Source: Octopus vulgaris (taxonomy: Eukaryota). Taken from it: a stretch of DNA of 64,000 nucleotides. Each line of letters starts with the position of its first letter. The stretch's first letter is position 1. Below, one piece after another: positions 28,802 through 43,931 of the stretch. Below the pieces are notes generated by a model. The model did not search any database, was not told where the DNA came from, and saw nothing but the letters and a program-made list of their open reading frames with translations. Where the stretch lies: NCBI GenBank assembly GCA_951406725.2, contig OX597830.1:14136001-14200000 (forward strand), written 5' to 3'. The position numbers were made by a program, and so were the translations under genes.

Positions 28802-29101
28802 TATACGAGCCCAGTACATATTCTATTGGTCACTTTTTGCCGAACCGCTAAGTGACGGGGACGTAAACACACCAGCATCGGTGCTAGGGGGACAAACACA
28901 GACACACAAACATACACACATATATATATATACATATATACGACAGGCTTCTTTTCAGTTTCTGTCTACCAATTCACTCACAAGGCATTGGTCGGCCCGA
29001 GGCTAATGTAGAAGACACTTGCCCAAGATGCCACGCAGTGGGACTGAACCCGTAACCATGTTGTTGGTTAGCAAGCTACTTACCACACAACCACTCCTGC
29101 G

Positions 29102-29103
<2 letters not shown>
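28503..29103 (-). mobile_element. Family A SINE with partly duplicated tail
   Basis: Reverse complement of 28030-28460; the segment GCCCAGTACATATTCTAT ... GGGGACAAACACAGACACACAA occurs twice. Confidence 0.88.
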
Positions 29104-29169
<66 letters not shown>

Positions 29170-29621
29170 CATAGTAATTGTGTGTGCATGTGTGTATGTG
29201 TGCGTATGTGTATGTGTGTGTGTGTGTATGTGGTGTGTAGAAACGAACAGGTGAAAGCTTATGGGTGGAAGTGTGACCACAATTCCATTACTTTTCACAT
29301 TTCTGTCTTTTTCTCATTTGGTCTCTCCCTCTCTCTCTCGCCATCTCTCTCTCTCCCTCTCCCTGATCATCTTTCTCGCTCTTTCTTCACTCTCTCTCTC
29401 ACACAATCTTTGTTTTTTTCTCTTTTCGTCACACACCCACCCACGACACACACATAAACAAACGCTTTCAGACACACCACTGCGTGTGGACGATATATCT
29501 ACTGGATATTATCACTACGTGACATTAAACTGTTGAGAGACGAACCGAACTACATGCAAACTGCGTGACTACACCGCACCAACAGCAGACACACACACAC
29601 ACACAAACACACACACGCACA

Positions 29622-29704
<83 letters not shown>

Positions 29705-30026
29705 TGTCCTTCTTTCCCTTATTAGCCTACTTTCCACACCTACACGCTATCCATTTCAAGAACACCACAATATATTAGATGCGGACAATTTATTAGATTG
29801 GTCACACCTCTGTTCCTACATTCACTGACAAATTTCGCTGCTGTGTGCGTGTGTGCGTTTACAACAGTGTGCGTTTCTACGTAACCGTTGACGCTGGAGT
29901 GTAATGCGATACATTTTGATATACATCCATTGTACACACAGTCAAACAAACACACATACATATATGTGTGTGTGTATGCATACACATATGTGTGTGCGTA
30001 TATGTGTATACACACTCATATATCTG

Positions 30027-30088
<62 letters not shown>

Positions 30089-30121
30089 ACTGTCTGTCTG
30101 TCTGTCTGCTTGCCTGCCTGT

Positions 30122-30287
<166 letters not shown>

Positions 30288-30290
30288 GTT

Positions 30291-30333
<43 letters not shown>

Positions 30334-30334
30334 A

Positions 30335-30376
<42 letters not shown>

Positions 30377-30447
30377 GTACCCATATATGCATGTATAGGT
30401 AGGTACGTACATATATGTATGTATATATGCATATGTTTTATTTATTA

Positions 30448-30502
<55 letters not shown>

Positions 30503-30705
30503 TGTATGTGTTTATGTATATATAGGTGGGTATCGATTTCGAACGCAGTTCACGCAAATATCTATACTAGCAATCTGGGGTTGGGGGTGGGGCAACCCAC
30601 GTGTGTATAAACATAAAGAACTTACATACAAACAGCGAAAGACAAAGACTAACACACCTAGACTGTATGTTCAATGAACAGGTTCCCGTCGTGAACATAT
30701 ATATA

Positions 30706-30711
<6 letters not shown>

Positions 30712-30741
<30 letters not shown>

Positions 30742-30797
30742 TGTATGTATGTATGTATGTATGTATGAATGTATGTGTGTATGTATGTATGTGTGTG

Positions 30798-30829
<32 letters not shown>

Positions 30830-30912
30830 TGTATGTATGTATGTATGTGTGTATGTATGTATGTGTGTGTGTGTATGTATGTATGTATGTATGTATGTAT
30901 GTATGTGTATGA

Positions 30913-30944
<32 letters not shown>

Positions 30945-31490
30945 GTGTGTATGTATGTATGTATGTGTGTATATATGTGTGTATGTATGTATGTATGTAT
31001 GTATGTGTGTATGTGTGTATGTATGTATGTATGTGTGTGTATGTATCTATGTCTGTATGTATGTATGTATGTGTGTATGTATGTGTGTGTATGTATGTAT
31101 GTATGTATGTATGTATGTATGTGTGTATGTGTGTATGTATGTATGTATGTGTGTGTATGTATCTATGTCTGTATGTATGTATGTATGTGTGTATGTATGT
31201 GTGTGTATGTATGTATGTATGTATGTATGTATGTATGTATGTGTGTATGTGTGTATGTATGTATGTATGTATGTGTGTATGTGTGTATGTATGTATGTAT
31301 GTATGTATGTGTATGTGTATGTATCTATGTCTGTATGTATGTATGTATGTATGTGTGTGTATGTATGTATATATGTATGTATGTATGTGTGTGTATGTAT
31401 GTATGTATGTATGTGTGTGTGTATGTATGTATGTATGTATGTATGTGTGTATGTATGAATGTATGTGTATGAGTGTGTGTGTGTGTGTGT
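30712..31490. repeat. (TATG)n/(TG)n compound microsatellite
   Basis: Seen directly; source of the 250-400 aa MYVC/HTYI ORFs. Confidence 0.97.
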
Positions 31491-31726
31491 CTATTACTTT
31501 TTTCTCTTTCTCACTACACAGATATTCTCTCACGCACACATACACACACCACACGCACATACACGTAAATATATATGTACACATCATTCACACGCAAAAT
31601 ATATACGAGTATCATTATTTATATATGCATATATATGTGTGTGTGTATATATATATGTACACACATCTTTCTCTCTTTTACTCAATATCTATATATGTCT
31701 GTATATATATATATGTGTATATATAC

Positions 31727-31779
<53 letters not shown>

Positions 31780-31990
31780 TGTATATGTATTTGTATATGT
31801 ATACATAAATACATGTATATATATATATATAATTTTGTATAAATATATATATATATATATATATAAAGGGAGAGTGAGAAAGCGGGAAGGGAGGAGATAT
31901 TGATAGGTAGATAGATAGATATAAGCCGAAGAGTCAGTGTGCGCACGTTTCTGTGTGTATGTGCGTGTGTACGTGCGCGTGTATGTGTGT

Positions 31991-32048
<58 letters not shown>

Positions 32049-32187
32049 GTCTGTGAATATATTCCTCTCGTATATTATATATCGAAGAGGAACCACACTG
32101 CTTCCGTAAGTGCTAGAACGCACGTAAACAAAAGCGCGCGTCCACACACCAAAACGCATATTGCTCTCTCTCCATTTCCCTCCCTCC

Positions 32188-32227
<40 letters not shown>

Positions 32228-32318
32228 TGCACACACACACACGCACACTCATTGACGTACTCATGCGTACCCATTCACATTCGCACACGTATACGTACGC
32301 ACACACACACATGCACAT

Positions 32319-32382
<64 letters not shown>

Positions 32383-32625
32383 GCACACACAGAAAGCCGT
32401 ATGTGAAACAGAGAGGTCGGACTGTTGTTTTATATATAAATTATGGTATATTCTTTTACGACATTTCCTCAGAGTGGATATATTTATGAATTATTTATAG
32501 AACCAAAGATATGCTTAATACTATTTAGAACATACGTGTAATTTGTTAAGTAAAGACAGGAACCTATAGGACACACAGACACACACGTCTAAATTACTAC
32601 ATGTATTTGTGTGTGTGTGTGCGTG

Positions 32626-32682
<57 letters not shown>

Positions 32683-32784
32683 AGAGAGAGAGAGTGAGAG
32701 AAAGAAATAGAAAGATAGATAGAATGATAGATATATAGATTGATAGATAGATAGGAAAGCATATATATATGTATATATATATGT

Positions 32785-32832
<48 letters not shown>

Positions 32833-32880
32833 ATATCTATAACCATCTATCTAGCTGTCTGTCTCTCTGTCTATGTATCA

Positions 32881-32929
<49 letters not shown>

Positions 32930-33523
32930 GGTATGTTTGTGTGTCGGTATGTATGTGTGTGTATGAATGGGCACGTGTATCCAAAAACACAAACACACAC
33001 TCACATACACTCACACATACACTCACACACACACACAAACACACACACACTAGATTCATTAAAATGAAAAATTAACTAGTACGAAGTGTCATAGTCGGGT
33101 AATGGAATGAAATTTAGAAAAGCTAGCAGAGAAATCAAACACTTGGAATGGAAATTTAAATTAATATCGCAGGCAGTGCTAGAGAGGAGGCACTATACAA
33201 GATAATTACATTCATATCGCCACAGCGATAGCATAAATCTGTGCAGTGCTTTCACTTATATGAATTACACACACACACACACACACATACACACACACAT
33301 ACACACACACATACACACACACACATTTATACATACATACATACAAACATACATGCATATATATATGTATGTATGTATCTATATATATATATATACATAC
33401 GCACACGCAACATATATGTATATGTATGTACATATTTATATACATACATGCATGTCTATATACATATATTTGCATATATACATATATATATATATATATA
33501 TACATATACATATTTATATGTAA

Positions 33524-33604
<81 letters not shown>

Positions 33605-34031
33605 CATATACATATACATATTCATATATGCATATACATAAATATATATATATATACATATACATATATATCAGATATCATCTGTGATCATGCTGTGGAT
33701 TATGTGTATGCATTAGCACATGTGTCTGTGTGCGCGCGTGTGTGTGTGTGTGTATGTGAGTGTGTGTCTGTGTGGGTGTGTCTGTATATACCTGTATAGA
33801 TATATGCTTGTGGGTATATGCGTATATGTATATATATATGTATCTACTTCTCTCTTTTTCTCTCTCTCTCCTTCTCTCTTTATACAACCCCCCCCCCAAC
33901 ACACACAACTGATACCAGGTCAAGTGTTTAGTGCATTGCACTTATCGAAAGTTTGGTAAGTATCAAGCGATGAGCGAACAATTCCTGATTCCCCTCTGTA
34001 GCTCTCTACTAATGAAAAAGTATGCAGTGTC

Positions 34032-34074
<43 letters not shown>

Positions 34075-34586
34075 AACACACACACACACACACGTATTAC
34101 CAAACTGTATGGCGTATATCTTCATGCTGAATTTATATATTCATACATAAATTAAAGAATTTAATATATTTTAAGAATTCCTTCATTTTAATACAATGAT
34201 TCGTTCACACACACACACTCATACACACATACTCATACACACATACTCATACACACACACTCTCACTCACACACATGCACACACTCACACTGACGCGTGC
34301 TCACTCAATCGCAAACACTCACCCCACCCCGCATGGCTTTGATTTCAATAAGGAATAATGCATAGTGTAATATTAATATACAATTACGATGTGAAAATTA
34401 TCATATATTATATGTATGACACCTATTACCAATTAATTAATTAACCAATACTGATTACTGAATGTTTGATTATATCTAACTCTCTCTTTCTCTGTACCTT
34501 TCTTCCTCTCTCTCTTTCTCTCTCTCCCACACAATTTGTGTATATGTACGTATGTATGTATCCATGTATGTATGTATGTATGTACG

Positions 34587-34689
<103 letters not shown>

Positions 34690-34745
34690 CCCTTGTCGCT
34701 GTTTCTCAGTGTGTGTATATATATGTATATATATATATATTTATT

Positions 34746-34777
<32 letters not shown>

Positions 34778-34779
34778 TA

Positions 34780-34845
<66 letters not shown>

Positions 34846-35633
34846 TATAATCATATACATATATATATGTATATGATTATATATATTTATGCATATGCTT
34901 ATATATATATATATATGTGTGTGAATGTGTGAGTGTGTGTGTGTGTGTGCGTGTGTGTGTGTGTGTGAATATGTCTACATATAAATATATACATACATAA
35001 ACTCATACACATAAATTAGATTCATTCAAGATTTTTTGTTTGTTTTTGGTTTTAATACTAATCAGCTACCAACTAAGGTTAGTTGACGTTAGTAAATCTT
35101 CTTAGTATAAACCACATCTCTCGCTTTTGCTCACCCACCCGACTTCTTTCCACATGCCCTACCCGTTTTCCTCTGCTTCATTAAGTTCCCACTGACCACA
35201 GTCCGGTTCGTTGGTTACTACGGTTGAGGGATCCTAGTTGTTCTACTAATTGCACCGTTGGTACTTCCAGCAAATTTGAACTAAACTGCCCAGATAACTG
35301 AAGAGGAGTACCATTATAATGTATTCGTTGTAGGACAATAAATATTTTCTCATTATACGGGAATAACAGTTCTTCTTTTTAAGTATATGAAACATCAAAA
35401 GATGCTCACTTCAAAGTTAATATAAAGTATATGAAAGCAAATTTGTAACAAAATAAAAAAGATTTATATATATTCTATATATAATAATGAAATACTTGAA
35501 GAGTACTGGGTGGGTCAAAGTCACACACCAAATATTTATATTAGGTTATTACATCCATTTTCTTTCCTCCACCTCACTCTCTATTTTGTATCACATCGAA
35601 ACTAAACTATGACTTTATTTTTCCTCTCACAGC

Positions 35634-35688
35634 GTCTCCGATGAAGGGATATTATTATTAATTAATATTCTAGAAACAGCTGTAAGAC
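35634..35688 (+). ncRNA. Hammerhead-like motif (U4C core variant) in a PLE-type remnant (~35560-35910)
   Basis: GUCU-CCGAUGA-[AU-rich helix II]-GAAA-CAGCUG-UA-AGAC: 4-bp helix I, palindromic ACAGCUGU helix III. Confidence 0.55.
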
Positions 35689-35936
35689 CTACTATCTATA
35701 AATGCTCTAATATCTATACAGCCTTGTTTTTATTTCTATCTCATTACGCATAAAATTCATATATACACACGCTGACATAGAACCAACGTTGAACCCTTTA
35801 TTCGCAATATTACCGAATCTGGAACTTAACTATGGTCTGTCTACAGCACTTATTCAGCATTACCTGACACCTTTGGGTCTCAGTGACACCATTATCTCTT
35901 ATAACCTATATTAGGCCATTATTATTATTATTATTA

Positions 35937-36477
<541 letters not shown>

Positions 36478-36479
36478 AA

Positions 36480-36890
<411 letters not shown>

Positions 36891-36960
36891 AATAATAATA
36901 ATGATGATGATGATGATAATAATAATAATAATAATGATAATAATAATAATAATAATGATG

Positions 36961-37025
<65 letters not shown>

Positions 37026-37044
37026 AACAATAATAATAATAATA

Positions 37045-37304
<260 letters not shown>

Positions 37305-37698
37305 TTGCAGATGAGGGCAGCTGCATCGAACTCTCTCATGCACCAGATGGCATTTGCTAAAAAGCATTCGTGATGTAAAATCATGTAGCAGCACCAAATG
37401 GCGGTGCCCTAGCATGGCCATAGCATGTGAGCTGAAACTAAATAAAAAAAAAAATAATAATAATAATAATCATTATCTTCATTTTGTTCATATTGTACAA
37501 TTTCTAATGTGTTTATCATAGTTTATTTATTTTATTCAAATTTAGAAATTTTGAAGCTTGTCCTTGACAATTCCAGACCGTTTTATACTGCATTTGTGTT
37601 TGACTTTTCGGGCCCACAATAGACAAAGACATGTGAGGGAGGAACAAGCACGGGCATTAGTTTGATGCTCGGGAAGTATATATGTATATATATATATA

Positions 37699-38494
37699 TG
37701 AAGGGAAACCATTGGGCTGGCGGATTCCAAGATACACCCCCCTCAGATCATCACAGATCCCCCTCCATGTTTAACCGTTGGAAGAAGGCAGTCTGGGTAA
37801 AATGCTTCTTTTGGCTGTCTCCATACGTATACTTGGCCGGTGGTTAGAAATAAGGTAAAGGATGACTTGTCCAAGAAAACATACTTCCACTACTCTAGGC
37901 TTTTACCCCACTCCAAACGTTTGCAACGTTTGTTTTTGAAAGCAGTAGTTTTCTAATTGCAGCCCTCCCACGAAATCCGGCTTTGTGCAGCTCCCGACGA
38001 ACAGTTTTTGTAGAAACTGGGTTCTCGAGGTTGTCATCAAGCTCTGCAGTAATTTTGGGAGCTGTACTTTTGTGATCCTTTCTAACAATTCGCGTAAGAG
38101 TCCTACGGTTCCTATCTGAAAGTTTTGGTTTTCTTTCGGAGTTTTGTTTCGACGAGATGGTTTTTCCCTCTTTCTTAAAGGCTGCCATTACTTTCGAGAC
38201 AGTTCTTCTTGATACGTCAAACATTTCGGATATTTTTGTTACGCTAGTGCCTACCATACGAGCACCAACAATTTGACCTCTTGGAAAGTCCAATAGATCT
38301 GTTATTTTAATGAATTTTAATTACCTTTTTCTGATGATATCTGAAAAGAAACAGCAATTTTAGCAAAACATATTAAGCAACTCTAATAATAAATCAAAAA
38401 GCATAAAAATAAACAAACTTTTGACGGTTTTACAGATATTTTAAAATTATGATGCTATGATGTTAGATGTTTCCATTATTTTGTCCAAACCCTG
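37699..38494 (-). mobile_element. 3'-truncated Tc1-like transposon
   Basis: TA-CAGGGTTTGGACAAAATAATGGAAACA terminus at 38494. ORF 37895..38293 (RGQIVGAR, paired-like HTH, STKTVRRELHKAGF) continues after a frameshift as GQVYVWRQPKEAFYPDCLLPTVKHGGGSVMI. Ends at a TA tract. Confidence 0.9.
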
Positions 38495-38546
<52 letters not shown>

Positions 38547-38550
<4 letters not shown>

Positions 38551-39110
38551 GCCAATTGAGAATTCTAAATTTTGACGTCAGTTTCGGCAATTCTTGTTGC
38601 CTCATCAGTTAAGATCGCTCGTTCGGCACTTTTCAGACGCAATGATCCCTCTTGTTAGTGTATATGTTTACATTCATGTGCGTTAACTACACCATTAAAG
38701 CCGTTCAGCTATTATTTCTAGCAATGCTGGTGTTTCCTAATACTTTAGTCACATCTGGTGCCAATTATAATTGTTCCTTTTTGGTGAAACATTGCAAGCT
38801 GCTGTTTATATTCCCTTTGTATATACACATTAGCGATTCACTAAATCAGCAAATAATTTGGATGACGAAAACATAAACACTAATGGAGAAGTGAGTCCTC
38901 AAAGAGCCGAGCAATCTATCGATCTTAACTGACGAGGCCACAGAACTTGCGGAAACAGACGTCAGTATTAAGAATGTTCGATCGCCACTTTTCAGACGAC
39001 TCTGATCCCTGTTTGTGTATACGTTTTCATTCATGCGCGTTAACTATAGCACTAGGTTTAGCTCTTATTTCTTGCAATGTAGTTGTTCCCTAACACCCTA
39101 GTCACATTTA

Positions 39111-39112
<2 letters not shown>
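38547..39112. mobile_element. PLE-type element with two oppositely oriented hammerhead motifs and a diverged ~140-bp direct repeat
   Basis: Minus 38565-38613: CUUAA-CUGAUGA-GGCAA(CAAGAA)UUGCC-GAAA-CUGACGUCA. Plus 38924-38972: CUUAA-CUGACGA-...-GAAA-CAGACGUCAG-UA-UUAAG. ~38618-38756 resembles ~38975-39112. Confidence 0.7.
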
Positions 39113-39199
<87 letters not shown>

Positions 39200-39203
<4 letters not shown>

Positions 39204-39393
39204 AGAGTTTACGAAAAAAAAAACAAAAGACGAAGACAGGTGGTGTACAAAACAAACAGATGTATTAGTATAACGTTCAGGAATAGAAAAAGTCTTTTAC
39301 GTTTCGAGCCTACGCTCTTCTACAGAAAGGGACAGAAAAAACTAGGGGAGAAACAAGGAGAGAAAAAATGTGTGTAGTGGCTAAAAATCTATC

Positions 39394-39395
<2 letters not shown>
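39200..39395 (-). mobile_element. Short TA-flanked PLE-type element with a variant hammerhead core
   Basis: Minus 39295-39328: UUU-CUGUAGA-A-GAGC(GUAG)GCUC-GAAA-CG-UA-AAA; same design as 6552-6584. Confidence 0.55.
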
Positions 39396-39446
<51 letters not shown>

Positions 39447-39714
39447 TGTACATGAGGATAATATAACTCAAGGCTTTCGGATATATCAGGATTCAACATT
39501 AGATCACAATATTTGTTTCTGCATTGCTCATCAGCTTTGAATTGTTGAATTTATATTCATATACTATTATAGAAAACTATTCTTTATAGTTACTATATAG
39601 TTGAATATTTTTCAACAACTGCCAATCATCAGTTGGAATGCAAATCAGGTACATATGTTCTTAGTCACAGAGGCACAAATACATACATGCATGCATATAT
39701 ATATTTAAATGCAT

Positions 39715-40250
39715 ACAATGTATTTTTCAGTACTTTGTGTCCATGCACCAATGTATTTGAAGTTTCCAGCTACCTTGGGCGACTTACTGTCTCTCATTTT
39801 CGCTGACACAGACATTTCGTGTTTGAATACTTGCAGCTCTGTTTTCTTTACTTTACCGTATAATCCTACCTTCCCCGATTCCTACTTTATTCTGCTCGGC
39901 AACTTCTGTGCCTGATCTGTCCTCTCTGTTAGTAATGCCAAGTCATCAGCATAGTCTGGGTCAGTTACTGTTACTGCTTGATGCCGTCTACTTCTTTGCC
40001 TATGCAGTCTGAATCCCAGTTCTTCTTCCTTACCCTCGTACATTCCACGCATTACGTACCCCAGAACGATGGCGAAGTGATAAGGTGTTAGCGTGTCGCC
40101 TTGTAATATTCCGACTTTGACTTCAAAGTATTCCGTTTCTCCATCAGGACTGATCACTTTCGCTCTGGTGTTCTCATACAGCTTACTTATTGCTCTCAGA
40201 ATTCTTGGTGGAATATCATATGCTTTAAATATTTTCATCATCATTCCTTG
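39715..40250 (-). mobile_element. RTE/RTEX-like LINE reverse transcriptase fragment (3' half of RT)
   Basis: GILQGDTLTP, DYADDLALL, then KVGL...KKTE and FKYIGAW; contains stops and frameshifts. Confidence 0.9.
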
Positions 40251-40392
40251 CGACCAAATCAAAATGGATTCAGATCAGGACGGTCAACATCTCACCTTGT
40301 CACACTTCGAAGACTGATAGAGGAAGTTAAGAGCCATACCAGGAATGCTATCATTATCTATGTAGACTTTAAAAGAGCTTTTGATTCAGTAC

Positions 40393-40393
<1 letters not shown>
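40248..40393 (+). mobile_element. Inverted upstream part of the same RT
   Basis: LRPNQNGFRSGRST...LRRLIEEVK...IIYVDFKRAFDSVH, the motifs that normally precede the minus-strand segment. Confidence 0.88.
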
Positions 40394-40436
<43 letters not shown>

Positions 40437-40475
40437 ATACATACACACACACGCACACACACACAAGCACGCACG

Positions 40476-40512
<37 letters not shown>

Positions 40513-40516
<4 letters not shown>

Positions 40517-40920
40517 TATATTATATTAAATTAGAGATAAAACCACTATTAGGCAAATCATACAATGAAAAACTTAAGCCAATACATAAGATTATTTAAT
40601 TTATATTATTTAAATATATAACAAAATTATTAAAAAAATATAAATAATATAACACTACGATCGTTTCATGGCTGTTAATTTCTTGAAATTTTCGAGTTAC
40701 AGTCATTCATCAGGTGGTTTAAATATTTAACTGTAACTCGAAAATTTCAAGAAATTAACAGCCATGAAACGATCGTAGTGTTATATTATTTATATTTTTT
40801 TAATAATTTTGTTATATATTTAAATAATATAAATTAAATAATCTTATGTATTGGCTTAAGTTTTTCATTGTATGATTTGCCTAATAGTGGTTTTATCTCT
40901 AATTTAATATAATATAATAT
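40513..40920. repeat. Fold-back inverted repeat, 191-bp arms, 26-nt spacer
   Basis: 40513-40703 is the reverse complement of 40730-40920, with no mismatch found by eye. Confidence 0.92.
40651..40719 (-). ncRNA. Type-I hammerhead ribozyme candidate with complete core
   Basis: Minus strand CAC-CUGAUGA-AUGACUGU...ACAGCCAU-GAAA-CGAUCG-UA-GUG: full core, long helix II, palindromic ACGAUCGU helix III, GUA cleavage triplet. Confidence 0.7.
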
Positions 40921-41001
40921 TTTACTATAAAATTGGATTCAATCCTAAATCTGATTTTTCCCTGTAAGTTTGGATTTATTCCCTAATATTTATTATTAAT
41001 T

Positions 41002-41032
<31 letters not shown>

Positions 41033-41478
41033 ATACATACATACGTATATGTATGTGTGCATGTGTTTATGTTTTTTATATCGTCATATGGCTAAAAATA
41101 ATTGACAGTAATTTTTGAATATATACCTAATATTTATATGCAGAGCAAAATCTGCTTGTATACAAATTTTCTGTAATTAGATGTCGGACCTAGCGGTAAG
41201 GGCGTTTAATTCGCGATCGTGAGATTGTAGTTTCAATTCCTAGACCTGGTGGTTGATTGTGTTTCTTGAGCAAAACACTTCGTCTCATGTTGCTCTGCGA
41301 TCGCTTCGACACCTGACGTGTCGTACACAGTGCAACTCTTCAGTCAACGTCCATTTGATGGAGGGAGTCAGCTAATGCACAGCACGTACATTTGACCTCT
41401 ATAAGCAAATCATTTGCGCAGCACGTTCGTCAAAAGCTAAACACTCATGCGTCATCTTCGACGGCAGAGTCCATTACC

Positions 41479-41560
<82 letters not shown>

Positions 41561-42255
41561 ATATATATATATATCCTCCACCTTTTCTCTTTTCTTGCCT
41601 CTGATTCTTTGGTCTACTCTTCCCCCACTCTCTCACATATCTCTGTCTTTCTCACTTTGCACCTCACTGGTTCTGTCCAAGCCAATCCTTGGCACGCTCT
41701 CTTTCTTCTCCCCTCTTTAATTCCTTCTTTCTCCCTCTTCTCCCCCCTTTGGTGCCTTCGTCCCTCTTTTTCTTCTCTCTTTGATTCCTTTGCCCCCTTG
41801 TTTTTCTCTCTCTTCTCCTCTCACGTGACCGCTGGTCAACCAGCCTTTCGGCTTCTAACCAGCGCCATGAGAACATCGTTGTCTTCGTCTGCCGATAAAG
41901 GCATTTTCTTCCAAATACGCCAGCTAAACTAAGTTGTACTGTCTATTAGTTGTAAGACACCCGCTGTTTTTGTCCTGTTATTACAATTATTGTTTTTTGT
42001 ATTTATATTCGTGTGGCATCGTCCGTTTTTCTGTCCTTGTTTCGTATACATTCGATCCTTTTTCCAAGAAATCTAATGCTCGTAACTTAGTTTTACCTTG
42101 GGGCTGGCCGGATCGGAGCGATCTCAAGATTAATCAGCCGAAATTGCGAGGATGATCCGGTTCTTGACTGAAGATTGAAGGCTTCGAATATCCCGTCCGT
42201 GTATTTTAAAGTGTCTTCTAAATGTTTTACGTTCTTGTCCCAGTTTGTATTTTTT

Positions 42256-42302
<47 letters not shown>

Positions 42303-43079
42303 CACCTGTCGTCAATCTTTCATTCTACATTCCAAGAGAAATGTCTTCGACTTTCATCATTCAAGGGTCGATAAATGCATCATTAATCTGGGACTAGCGA
42401 CAATTCAATCAACAATACTTATTCGCTGAATCGCAATAAGCCAAAGTGCAAAATATTTATTTGCATGTAAGCACATACGCACACTCACACACACACACGT
42501 GCGTGTGTATACTTACATATACACACATATATATGTATATATATATATATGTATTGTAGTGAGGTGTAAAATCGCTCATATATGCATATGTATATGTATA
42601 TTTTTATGTATATATGATTATATATACATACATAAATATGTATTTTTATATACACACACATACGCATACATAGATATATAGCTGCAGACACACCCATCGC
42701 ACCCCACATATATACAGATAATTAATTTAACACATTGGCCCCAGGCGATTAAAAGGATTTGCATGGTTGATTGAATAAAACGCCAGTCCATCATTAATCA
42801 TTATCAGGGTTTATATAAATATACATACTTACAATAGTATATGTATACACACACACACACACACACACATACGTACATACGTCAGTGAGGTGTCTTTAAG
42901 AGGCCCGAGAGATATTTAAAATGGCCTAATTTAAGCTGTTCCTTATGTGTTTTAATAACCAGCGCTAAATGCTTGTAATTATGTATAGTTTACAGTTATG
43001 TACAGAATATATCACAATAAAATACTGCTGAGCCTATTGAAAAAGTGTCTATTTTTCTAAGATATTTATATGTCTTTTT

Positions 43080-43570
43080 GTGTGTGTATGTGTGTGTATG
43101 TATGTATGTATGTATGTATGTATATATGTATGTATGTGTGTGTATGTATGTGTATATGTATGTATGTATTATGTATGTATGTATGTATGTATGTATGTAT
43201 GAATGCATGTATGTATGTTTGTATGTATGTACGTATGTATGTATGTATGTGTGTATGTATGTGTGTATGTATGAATGTATGTATGTATGTTTGTATGTAT
43301 GTACGTATGTATGTATGTATGTATGCATGTATGTGTGTATGTGTGTATGTATGTATGTGTGTATGTATGTATGTATGTGTGTATGTGTGTATGTATGTAT
43401 GCATGTATGTGTGTATGTGTGTATGTATGTACGTATGCGTGTATGTATGTATGTGTGTATGTGCGTATGTATGCGTGTATGTATGTATGTATGTGTGTAT
43501 GTGTGTATGTATGTATGTGTGTATGTGTGTATGTATGTATGTATGTGTGTGAATGCGTGTATGTATGTAT
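43080..43570. repeat. (TATG)n compound microsatellite
   Basis: Seen directly. Confidence 0.96.
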
Positions 43571-43931
43571 GAAGGTTGAGAAAGAGTACTGAGCAACTTT
43601 GCCGTCACTCGCAACGCTGTGGTGTTTCTCTTCTAACCACAATCGTATCATCTTGTAAAAATGTCTTTTGTACGTTGGACATTATAATCGGTTCTATACA
43701 AAAAGATATACTGAATAATTGCCAGATATGATAGACCAATAGTAACCCCAGATAAATACACACACACATGCGAGTGCACACATACACATAGACACACACA
43801 AACTTACAATTACACACATATATAATTGTATATGTATGAGGATGCTTGTCCCTTAATTGAGCAGTTCCAGAAATAGAGTTGGATAAAAATACCAAACTAA
43901 AGACAATGGTCTAGCATTGCCGTAGTTACAG

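Noticed and set aside
33910-33966. miR-92-like hairpin (CATTGCACTT seed)
   Set aside because: Only the seed matches; the 3' part does not resemble miR-92 and the stem has large bulges.
42160-42200. Hammerhead in the 41600-42260 repeat (CTGAAGATTGAAGGCTTCGAATAT)
   Set aside because: GAAA is replaced by GAAT and no palindromic helix III or helix I can be formed.
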